Shown here: one piece after another, positions 1 through 10,264 of the stretch
Layout of the letters: every line of letters starts with the position of its first letter
Position numbering within the stretch: the stretch's first letter is position 1
Assembly: GCA_905178155.1 (NCBI GenBank)
Contig: CAJINV010000003.1
Coordinates: forward strand, 4,685,863 to 4,749,862
Direction of reading: 5' to 3'
Length of the DNA stretch: 64,000 bases
DNA from: Amoebophrya sp. A120
Taxonomy: Eukaryota; Protista; Dinoflagellata
Program-made: the position numbers and the translations under genes
The notes under the pieces: model-generated
What the model was told of the DNA's origin: nothing
What the model saw: the letters and a program-made list of their open reading frames with translations, nothing else
Databases searched by the model: none

Positions 1-1
1 T

Positions 2-235
2 GTATGATCGGAAATGGAGAAGGCGTAGACTTTGCATTTTTGTAGACTGGAGGTAAAGCAGCTCCTGGTTTCGTCGCTGAGGACGAGAATTTTTTTATGC
101 GCAACATACTGATTCACTTTCAACACAGTTCGAATTCTCGGTCGGAGCAGAGGATCAAGATTACCGCAGCAAAAATCTGTACTCTCGCACATAGGAAGTT
201 GAGAAGCAATCCTTTATTTTCCCGATCCATACCCG
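2..235 (+). mobile_element. Non-canonical stem intron (introner-like), GT...CG, 234 nt
   Basis: Left tatgatcggaaa (from 3) pairs with right tttcccgatccata (to 231). Joining base 1 (t) to 236 gives TAC CCT = Y-P of the YPxxLxxxIDxxN motif. Confidence 0.75.
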
Positions 236-717
236 ACCCTCTTCATTTGAAGAAGGATATCGACGAGTGGAACGAGTTCACCTACGACCGCATCAACGAC
301 GGCGTGTACCAGTGCGGGTTTGCGCGCACCCAGGTCGCGTACGACCGGGCGGTGGAGAAGCTTTCGACCAGCATGCAGAAGCTCGAGGACCGGTTCGCGG
401 AGGAACCAAACCGCGCGTTTCTGGTCGGCGACCAGCTCACGATTGCCGACGTCCGGCTGTTTCAAACTTTAGTTCGCATGGACGAGTGCTACGTGATCTA
501 CTTCAAGTGCTACGCCGCGAGTCTGCGAAATTTCCCATTCCTCTTGCGGTACACCGTGCGGATCTACCAGATGCCCGAGGTCCAGGCCTGCACCTTTGTC
601 CGGGACTGCAAGATCCACTATTTCACCTCGCACCCGCACCTGAATGCGTTCGCCGTGGTCCCGCGGGATTCACAGGTCGTCGAATTGCTGGAGCAACCAC
701 CCGACACGCTGATCTAA
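236..717 (+). CDS. ECM4: Glutathionyl-hydroquinone reductase (omega/Xi-class GST, ECM4/YqjG family), last exon; 5' part lies outside the window
   Basis: YPLHLKKDIDEWNEFTYDRINDGVYQCGFARTQVAY...FLVGDQLTIADVRLFQTLVRMDECYVIYFKC...IHYFTSHPHLN match family motifs. Confidence 0.9.
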
Positions 718-1980
718 TATCCACGGGACAGAGGACGGTTGGAGGGAAGAAGGGCGAGGTTTGTCATGCGGTCAAAGGTTGATGTGGTTCTTGCGCTCAA
801 GGAGAGACAGTCACAGCAAGTGTCTCTGAGTCGTTAGAACGCATGCATGAGACGGACATTGGAGTCTCATTTTGCATCCTCCTTGTATCGCATGAGAAAC
901 TTGAAGATGCCTTCATTCCACCCCAGCACGGCCACCTTTCCCGGACGATAAAAGCTCCAAGAGTGGCGCGTCGAAGGGTCTACTCGGCTTTTTGCGAGAT
1001 TTTTTCACAAAGAGAATTTGTTGAGGGCGTAGTTCTTCCGCGGGAGCCGTGGTTTAGGTTTTAATTGATCAGAAGATAAACACTATGTCCAGTTAAAGAA
1101 CCAATTCTGTCCTCACCTGGCACTGCTACCACCAGCAGGGGCAAGAATGCGCAGGGTCTATTTTTATTTTTCCGGTTGTGCTGGGGCTGCTAGGACAATT
1201 GCTGTGATGGAACAACGAACAAGCATGCCACAAGATGACGCGGAGCAAGCGCATGGACGCATGGATAGAATTTACACGAATTTTTGAAGAATAAGATAGG
1301 TACAGACGTTGTCGTGATACCGCTAGAGTTGTTCTTGATCGGTGGACGAAAGTGGTGAAGTTGTTGTAGCTACTTTGACCACTAGAATAAGGAATCAGAA
1401 TCCAACTACACGCTAGCCGTTGCTCGTACCACCCTCGCTGGAATTCTTACGCTCATCCAGCGCGATTCGATCAGATGCTGGACGGAAAATGTCCATGAAA
1501 AGCGTTTCATGCAGCAATACACTGGTTTGATGAAGGAAAGCGCTGCACTTCCAGTGGGGCCGGCTGTAGCAGTTTCAGAATAGCGTTCAGAACGAACGGA
1601 TGGCACTGTCGCTGAAAGAGTTTTTTTCTGAAATGTTTCGTGTCCAGATTCCAGAACCACACGGCAGGGAAACGATGCGGATCAAAGGTTTCGCTCACGT
1701 TGGAAACTTAGCACGAGCGTGTTCAGAAGATTTTCTCTCAGATCCTCTCTTGCACTCACTGTTCGTTCTTGTTGCTTCGGTGCCACGAGTTTAGCGATCT
1801 CCCTTCATGTTAGTCATCTGCTTCTCTGATCTTGTTTTTTCTGCTGAAAGGAGCCGATGAGCCCGGATCATTTTTCAGGTAGGGCAGACGTCAAGGCTGG
1901 TTCTACTCTGATCTCTGATCCCATATCTTGCAGCTCACGTTGAGCGTGCCATACGAGCACTTTGTTTTTGTTGATCGTGT

Positions 1981-2035
1981 GGTCGATCTTGGTCTTTCTC
2001 TTTTTCGCTTGCTTTGGGTCGATCTTGGTCTTTCT
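1981..2035. repeat. 19-bp direct repeat ggtcgatcttggtctttct, two copies
   Basis: Copies at 1981-1999 and 2017-2035. Confidence 0.85.
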
Positions 2036-2374
2036 TTTGGTTCCATTCTCTGTGTTTTTGTGGAAGTTAGTTTGGATCTTTTTTGTTCCGTGTCGATGTT
2101 ATAGATAGGCGGACTTCGGAATGGTGCTGCAGAATCGGTAAACTACTATGAGCGCGTCGCGTCGGATTTTTTTGCTGCTTTAAAAAAAAAACATAGACGT
2201 GTCAGTTGATAGACAACGGCGAAAGCGATACGCACTTCACATCTCCATGTTCATCAGTTTGACATTTTAAGAAACTTCTCAGGTGCTTCACACCCGATGA
2301 GGGAAGTTTCCGAAAAGAAATCCTCGTGCTAGCGGAATTGCCAGCGAAAAATTTGGCACGTACGACCAGCAGCT

Positions 2375-3690
2375 ATGGGGTCGTCGTGGCGTCAGCGCCT
2401 CTGGTCCTCCAGGAGTGCGCTGCACAACGTCGTATTGTTTTCCGCGTGTCTTGTGACTAACTGGTTAGTGTCGTGGGACAGCAGCTTTGATGATGCGGAT
2501 GTGGAAGACGATTATTTCCGTTTCCACCGCTCAACATGAGGTGCGCCGTTTGTCTCCTTAAAAGTACAGCAAAGTGATGAAAACAACTCCAACTCGCGTC
2601 AGAATTCCAACACCAGAGCCGCCAGCGAAAATCTCGAGCGGCTGTCCTCACGGCGCTTGAGCTGCTGATTGAGCTGGCTGCAGTAAGGGAACAGCAGGGA
2701 CGGGCGTCGGCTAAGGTTGATAGCGGGAAAGGAACGCTGGATCGAGAAGACGAGTGCAAGTTTGAGGAGTCAGGGGGTCTGTTTCGCGGGCGAGCTTCAG
2801 TACAAGGTGCGAACGTCACATGTACGAATGACAAGGAATTGGCAGGTTCCGCCGAAACAAGAATAAGACGTGAAAGCCATAATACGCAGGACCACTGTAG
2901 GAGCGCACCTCGAGGTGTGTCGCGGTCTCCAGATAATCACATTTGTACGACGGTACGACACTTTCAGGACAGGATTGCGGGACTGCTAGCAAAGCTAGGC
3001 CGACGGGAGCAATCACTTCAGGGCGCTTTTCTACAATCTGAGGATTCACACGACGACAACCGGAGGGATATTCTCGATGCTGTCCCTGGAGATGCTACAA
3101 CAACCTGTGAAGAGCAGGAGCGTAGTACTGCTGCTACTGCAACTGCTGCACGAGGGAATAACAATTCTCCTTCCCTTGCACACTGTCGATTTCCCACAAA
3201 AATAACAATAGGCACACCAGAAAGTAGCATAGCGGCGTTCCCCCCTCGCGGAGAAAGTGTGAAAGGCAGGTCGAGTGCAGCACTCGTAACCGCTGATGCT
3301 GACCCTCCAGGAGGGCCCACGGGAAGTAGATCCTCAGCACCTGCCGCACCGCAAAGCAGGCCCGAGCATTCATTAAAAAGGAAGACCACTACTACGCGAC
3401 CGTCCTTGGTGTTTGCCACCGCCTACGCGTACTTTCCGCGGCTTCCGTGCAAGCGCTACGAGAGTGAGATGTTCAACGTGCACACGGAATTCGAAGATTT
3501 GCTGAAGGACTTCCTGAAGATGTACGACAGTTACGCGGACCCCGTTGTGGAAGTCATGGACGCCGTGGTCCTGCACCAGATCACCTCGATCAGCGAATCC
3601 TTTTTGAAAATCATCGAGAGCTACCGCCTCATCCTGTGCACGACTTTATGTGCCGAGAGCTGCCACTTCGGCGGGCCCGATGGCTACGGG
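2375..3690 (+). CDS. Hypothetical protein 'gene A' (exons 2375-2431, 2593-3690); 3' end unclear
   Basis: ATG at 2375. Removing 2432-2592 gives MGSSWRQRLWSSRSALHNV|LASEFQ..., open to 3690. GC3 is high over 3400-3690. Confidence 0.6.
2432..2592 (+). mobile_element. Decayed stem intron, GT...AA, 161 nt
   Basis: ttgttttc pairs with gaaaacaa. The 1/4 rule joins an ATG-initiated exon in frame. Confidence 0.55.
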
Positions 3691-3991
3691 GTACGGCGTG
3701 GTGGTTTGGTGCGTCGGATCTCCGCTCGTCGTGTTAGTGGTTTCAATGGGGTGGGTCCTGGATGAGCGATAGCTTTTTGCATGAGAGGAAACTGGTCTTG
3801 CGTGAAGATAGCTTGAAAGCAATCGCAAAATGAGCTCCTGCAGCATGTGAATCAATAAAGTTGATGATCATGTGCAAAAACGACCATACCCAGTTGTTTC
3901 ACAGAGTGCCACGACCATGAGAGTTTCTGATCTTTTTCGATTCGATACACGACCTACTGGATCGACCACTGGATCACAGCGCCCGGATTCC
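3691..3991 (+). mobile_element. Stem intron with GT donor and G-U-rich terminal stem
   Basis: ggcgtggtggtttggtg (3695-3711) pairs with cactggatcacagcgcc (3967-3983). The exact 3' end is uncertain. Confidence 0.5.
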
Positions 3992-5382
3992 CACCCGGAT
4001 TCGGGGCGTCTGGCAGGGCGGCTCCGGCATGATGCGCACCGGCTTCCTCCCGATCCCGCCGGGGAGGCAGTCCACCTGCGATTTCCCCACCTTCCAAATT
4101 ACGGGTGCCGAAGCCGCCTGTTGCAGCGAGGCTAACTTCTGCCGCGACTGCCGCTTCTGGCCGATCTACCCCCGGACCTGCCCGGCACGGAACGCCGCGA
4201 ACAAATTAATCGTCTGCGAGCAGGCCTACACCAGGGACAACATTGCCTGCGGCAGCGACTGGTAAGTATGCCTACGAGGCTCGTCTGCGACTGGAGGGGA
4301 ATGATCCCCGATTGCTCTCCTTCCCCAGCGGTGGGCACGCGGAGCCGCCCAACCCGTGGGCCTGGAAGGTGGGCTGCCTCGGCGTGGTCCCAACCTGCTC
4401 TGCTGCCTGCGAAGCAAGATTCCTCACCTGCAGCAACTACCAGACCGGGTCCACCGTCTTCGCCAAGTGCGAATCCGAGCTACATGCGGGCTGGTTCGCC
4501 CCGGACTGCGTGCCTGGGTGCGCGCCCACGTTGAACATGCTTCTGGTGAGTGAGTCGGACTCGCAAAATGTCGTGGTTTCTCTGTCCGAGGGGAAGTTCG
4601 GGGTCCAAACCGGGTTACCCGTTGCCGCAACCCCCGCGCCGAAACCGGCCTGCGCGAACGGTTTCGGCACCTTCGCGAAGATGGTGGGGAAAACGGAGTG
4701 CGTGGCGCCGGCGAGTTTGGTGCCTAGCTTGACTGGTGTACCGGATCCGGACTCGACCCAGGCGTGTTCCACAGCGAAATCGGCTGCGAGGGTCCGGGCG
4801 AGATTCACGTTGACCGAGCAATTGCCGACTTCGATCACCTCCGGGGAACAATTGCTGCAGGAAACCGGTTACGTCAACGCGAAGAAACGGGGCATCGCAA
4901 ATTCTCTGCCCGGCGCCACCGAGGACAACGTCCTCATCACGGGGTTCGACGTCGTGAGCGCAAGAAGAAACCTCGAGAGAAGCACCAGGGCTCTCGCGAC
5001 CGCCTCGAGATCCGTGACCACGCACTTCGAGGTCACCGACCTGGATTCCGACGTCGCGACCTCCATCGAGGCGGATCTCGCCGCCTCCTCCGTCCGCACT
5101 GCCCTCGCAACACAGATCACCGCACAGATGACCGCGAATCCCGTCACGGTCGCTGGCGAGACCGTGTCGGTGACCTCGACCTCAGCCACGGGCGTGACCG
5201 CGACTGCGGACTCCGGAACCGCGTCGGGCGCGGGCGCCGACGAGGACGATGACGACATCTGGCTGTTCGTGGTGATTGCGGGGGTCGGGGTCGTTATGGG
5301 AATGTTGCTGGTACTGGTGATGTGCAGGCACAAGCTGTGCGGCGGAGCGGCCGGGAAGACCGCGCCGCAAAGTGAGGCGTGA
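3990..5382 (+). CDS. 'Gene B': Cys-rich single-pass membrane protein fragment with no visible start and a +1 frameshift near 4262
   Basis: High GC3 in one frame over 3990-4262 (IRGVWQGGSGMMRTG...IACGSDW) and in another over 4264-5382. C-terminal TM helix IWLFVVIAGVGVVMGMLLVLVM. Confidence 0.6.
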
Positions 5383-6027
5383 GGAGAAACTAAGTACTTA
5401 AAGATCGCGTCCTCGCATGGGATAAGGAGTCTTGATTCGAGCTTTATTTTCACTAAGTCCCCTGACCGTTTCAATTTTCAGCTTTTTACCCGTTGATTTT
5501 CATCTTTTTGTTTCTCACACGCAAAATTAATTTTCATCTTTTTCACTAGGTTCTTGATCCGTTTTACTTTTGAAGAGGCCCCAACAACGAAGTCTGAAAC
5601 GAACCGAAGGGAGATACGATGAGAGGTGGAACAAGCTTTTGTTAAATGCATTGCCTTTGGCTTTGATTCTCTCCTTTTCTGCGGGAATACTAACAAACTT
5701 CTAACCTGAATATAGATATACCTCGTCTTACTCACGCACTCTCGTCCCTGGTTACAAAGCGCATTTTGCCGATGCCGATGACGACGCACTACGAGTGCTT
5801 CCATACCCGCTTTGTTGTACTGGAACTACTACAGGACATTTCATTCTGACAGCCAGATACATTTCATTCTTCCGAAGCTTTTAAAAGCACAGTGCGTTTC
5901 TTTTGGAGCTTTTGTACTGCATTACACAATTGCTCGGCACGGTCGCAATCGAGAAATAGCATTTGTTCTACAGCTTTTCGACGTCGTATTACCACGACAC
6001 ACTCTGAAAAACATACGAATTTTCATC

Positions 6028-7914
6028 ATGTCGGTGCCCGGAGCCAGCAACAGCCGCGCGGAACCTTTGCTAGAGCAGAAGAAGCAGTACGAAAAAACCG
6101 ACTTGTGGAGTCTGTACCTTTTGACCAGTTCTCATTTTCTGACCAACGTTGGGTGGCAAGCATGGCAGTTTGTGGTTCCGTTGTACCTGTTGAGCTTTTC
6201 GGCGGACGACAGCTCGATCGAGTATGCAGCCGTCTACGGGCTGGTGGTGATGTTGAGCACGTTCGTGCTGTCGCCTCGCTCGGGGGCTTGGGCGGACCGA
6301 CTGGGGCCGGACTACCGGATGCAGATCGTCAGTGTCGGCATTCTCGTGCAAGTAGTGGGACTGTGCATGGGACTAGCGGTCATCCTGGTCCGTTCCGACA
6401 TTGTTGTTGTGGAGGGATCAAACGAGTCGCTGGAACTGTTCGTGTGCGCCTACGCCTGTCTCTGCCTGGGCGGAATTCTTGAAAAGGCAGGCAATGTTTT
6501 GACTCTGAATGCAGTGAAAAAGGACTGGGTTCCGTGGCTCTTCCGCGACGCCGATCCCAAGGCGCTTTCCCTAGCCAACAGCTTCGTGAGTCGCGCCGAC
6601 CTTCTCGCGGAGATGCTGGGCCCTTTACTCGCGGCGGGGCTCTGCACCGTAGCTGCCTCCTACTTTTGCACGCAAGCCATTGCCGACGAGGAGCGGGAGG
6701 ATCAGGCGAAGAACATTCACGCCAGTACCGCCACCGCCTACACCTGCGGAGCGGCTATACTCCTGGTCGGCGTGCTGAACCTGCTCTCCTTCGTGCCCCA
6801 GTGGCTGTTACTGCAAGTCGTCTGGACCCGCGCCAGCAGTCGGGAAGCTGCGGCCGAACTGGTGGATGAGGACGAGGACACGGAAGTAGAACGCCGGAGC
6901 GATGTTGTAGTACAGCGGAGCGGCAGTGCCGGGTTGAAAAAATCGGCTTCGAAATCTTCGCGGCGCAGTAACGAAAACGACGGCAGATCCGCGTGGACGG
7001 TTTTCTTGCAACAGGAAGACGAAAAGTACTGGCTGACAATTTGCTACGCACTCCTCTGGTTCAACGCCCTCTCTCCCCACGGCGTGGTGCTCACCGCCTA
7101 CCTTGCGGCGAGCGGATTGGACCCCGTCACGCTGTCCTGGTTTCGCGCAGCAGGTGCGGGCGTGGGGGCAGTTTCGGTGTTCTGTTTTCGCTACTTCCGG
7201 TCGCAGCTCGGGGTGGAGCGAGCTTCCGCCTACCATTTGTGGCTGCTCACCGTTTGTGTAATTGCAGCGGTAAGTAGTGTGGTGTGGCAAAAAATGATGT
7301 CCACGAGTAGCAGCAGCGAAACAGAGGATGACTACAATGGTCCCGCCACCGGCGGTGGAATAACAGCAAGACCTTCGTCCTCCGGGGCCGCCACGTCGTC
7401 CTGGTTGGTTTTCCTGGTTTGTGTCGTGATTTCCAGAATAGGCCTCTACGGCTTCGAATTGGGCGACATGGAGCTTATCACGAGAAAAAAGTGTTACAGT
7501 TACACATTTGTTGGAGTTTCTGCATCACAAATTTTCTCTGTGTGGCAGAGAAAACTTGTAATGCGAAGATCATAAGGGATAGGGAAAACAGGAAGGAAAC
7601 GAGGCTCCCAAGCATTTCCTCCATGAGAAAGGTTGTCTCTGTTGCCAGTCTTGCATCACAATGTGTAACTGTAACACTTTTTTCTTGCGATAGAGCTGTC
7701 TCAACTTTTAGTGGCTCCGGACGTTCGCTTGCGTGTGGCCAGCGTGGAGTCGGCATTGTGCACCACCGGGACGAGCTTCATCTACGTGATGGGAATTTTC
7801 TTCTCCACTTCCACCACTTTCGTCTACCAACTGAGCACCAGCGCGATGGCGGTCGCACTAAGTACAGTTTTGTTCGAGCGGTACCGCCGAACCTACAAGC
7901 TGGAGGATGCGTGA
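6028..7914 (+). CDS. SLC40A1: Ferroportin (SLC40A1/IREG family) iron exporter; exons 6028-7474 and 7697-7914
   Basis: LYLLTSSHFLTNVGWQAWQF, GAWADR, VKKDWV, RADLLAEMLGPL, SRIGLYGFELGDMEL|SQLLVAPDVRLRVASVESAL. Confidence 0.9.
7475..7696 (+). mobile_element. Young introner: 33-bp TIR, perfect 5-bp TSD GAGCT, 222 nt, no GT-AG register
   Basis: TIR 7476-7508 vs 7660-7692 with 2 mismatches. GAGCT at 7471-7475 and 7693-7697. Removal is in frame. Confidence 0.92.
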
Positions 7915-8355
7915 CGTCCTTCTAGGTTCGGATCAAATATCTTTGACCACACACCATGCCCCTGTGGACAGGAAATCGATGCGAATGTGCAGCTTTTCCA
8001 GGATTCACGGAAGATCATGGCGCATTGTTAAGGCCATAAATGTGAAAATGAATCAATCCAATTGATACGTGGTAATGCGTGCCGAACGCAAAGCAATGAA
8101 AGCTGCAATCACGACAGTTTCACACGTTTGGACACAACGAGAGCCGGTGCGTTCGTCTCTGTGGCCCCTTCAACACTTTATGTTCGCCCTAAGGAATTAT
8201 CTGGATCGAGATCGAGGACCAATGTCTAGTTGCTTCGACAAGCACTGGTGTGAGAGTATTTGTATTGAAGCGACAACCGCAAGTAAGATCGTTTTGCGAC
8301 GGCATTTCTGGTAGTTCTACATTTTTTTACCCCTCTAGTACCAACGCTTAAGACT

Positions 8356-9135
8356 ATGAACTCAGCCGCAAAAGGCGCACCTACAACCGAAGAAGTCCTG
8401 CCTTCCTCGCTGCACCAGGAGCTGAAGCTAGCTTTTGGCCTTATTTTGGTGAGTTTGCTATGGGGCGCGACGACGCCTTTCATCCGCCTCGCAGCAAAGG
8501 GAGGGACTGAGGGATCGATCGCAGAAAATGAAGATAAAACGCGTTCACGTTCGAGGGAAAGAAACGGCTCTGCTGCAAAGGGATCTCGTCGGACGCGTTC
8601 GGGAAAAAAGGCACTCGCGTTGTCATCGAAAGGTGGAGGAGCTACGGGTTCTTCTTCGCGAACGCGACCTGTGCCTTCGAATAACTCAAGGAGTCGAACT
8701 AGGACACCTGCGGCAAAAACGAACCGGTTACTGGCATCAAGATCATCCTCCAGCGGAGAACAGCCAGTACGCACAGACACTGCACACGGCAGTGTCGAAG
8801 AACTGGGTCGTGCACATCAAAAGATCGGCGCGACGCAGAAACGACGATCTTCGCACCACCTAACTTGGCGCCGCCTTTCGCAAATCTTGTTGAACGCACG
8901 CTTTTACCTGCCGTACCTACTGAACCAAGTCGGGTCTGTGTGCTACTACTTCCTGCTCGGTGAGTTTGACGTCAAAATCATGGTTCCAGCCGCAAACGGC
9001 TTGGCTCTCGCCGTCACGGGCATCACGGAATTTGTGTTGCAGCATCGCTGCCCGGGGTGGCGGGAAGTCGCGGGCATTTTGTCGATCTTGCTGGGCTTTT
9101 CGCTGTGTGTCGCCTCGACAGCGGGAGAGTCTTGA
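8356..9135 (+). CDS. TMEM234: TMEM234-family (EamA/DMT-like) membrane protein with a long S/R/T-rich insert
   Basis: LVSLLWGATTPFIR...FYLPYLLNQVGSVCYYFLLG...VPAANGLALAVT motifs. Confidence 0.85.
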   Translation: MNSAAKGAPTTEEVLPSSLHQELKLAFGLILVSLLWGATTPFIRLAAKGGTEGSIAENEDKTRSRSRERNGSAAKGSRRTRSGKKALALSSKGGGATGSSSRTRPVPSNNSRSRTRTPAAKTNRLLASRSSSSGEQPVRTDTAHGSVEELGRAHQKIGATQKRRSSHHLTWRRLSQILLNARFYLPYLLNQVGSVCYYFLLGEFDVKIMVPAANGLALAVTGITEFVLQHRCPGWREVAGILSILLGFSLCVASTAGES

Positions 9136-10264
9136 CCGGGAACCGGACATGAGAGTCAATTCGCCACTTGGCCGAGGCTACTACTTTTCACACAGGCAAT
9201 GAAGCTGTTGAACTTGAAGATGCAAGAACATGAATCAAAAGAAGAATTCGGACTTTCTGTTTCTGCACAGTTCGTTCCTTCTCTTGAAGCAGTCGTTCCC
9301 AACGAGCTCTCTCTCTTGCTCACGATGAATGACCAAAAACGAGAAACCAAAAGCATCACTGCAATCCAAAAATTGCATCGACGTCGACGCAGCACAAGAA
9401 TTCTGTCGTTCGCTGCACACTTTTTTGATTTGTTCGCTTCCTACTCAGGTTTGAGAAAATGCACCCTTACTCATTGGGTTTCAGAAGCGTCATCTTCACA
9501 CTATCGATGAGGATGAGTCAGAGATGAAAGAGAAAAGCGGTTGGATTGTGTAGGGGTACAACAGTGATGTTGATGGAGAAACAAGCGACACAATCGAGAA
9601 AGAAGGTAGTTACAGAGGCAATCCTTCTTCGTCATGTCTCATGCCCATGGAATGCAATCTGAGTATTCCGACCGCGTCATTCTTGTTTTCTATCGACGAT
9701 TTTTTGGATTTTTGAATTGAATTTCAAACAAAACGCACAGCAGAATGTAGGACAAAGAGGAACGGTTAAGACAAGATAATTATACTTTAGGAGGACGATA
9801 ATACAATAGATACGCAGTGCAACTAGTTTGTTATAGAAAAAAATGCCAATTCAAGCGACCTGAAAATCAAAATCGATTTTTTTATTGTGACTTCTGCCTG
9901 TTACCAAAGCTTTCTTTACTCACTAGATCTTTGTCTTTCACGATAGTAATTTTTCAAAGTTAGTTCAAGCTTTTACAATAAGAATTCTTGAGTCGCAAAG
10001 CCGACACAGAAATTCAGTATTTTTTGAAGAGAAATTAGCTCGCAAAGTTCGAGTTATTCTCATCTCGATTACGCACATCAAATTTTTCAATACGGAAACC
10101 GTTAAGTAAAATTTCTATTTCATTCACGACTTGCATCTATACTATCGCCACTTTCTTACCTGAATTGTTATTTGGTTTGCGAGGTACCTACACTAAAAAA
10201 AGTAAGTCGACTAATCTTTCTCTCACACCCTCGTATTTGCTGCCTTTCACTCGACGAAGCGACG

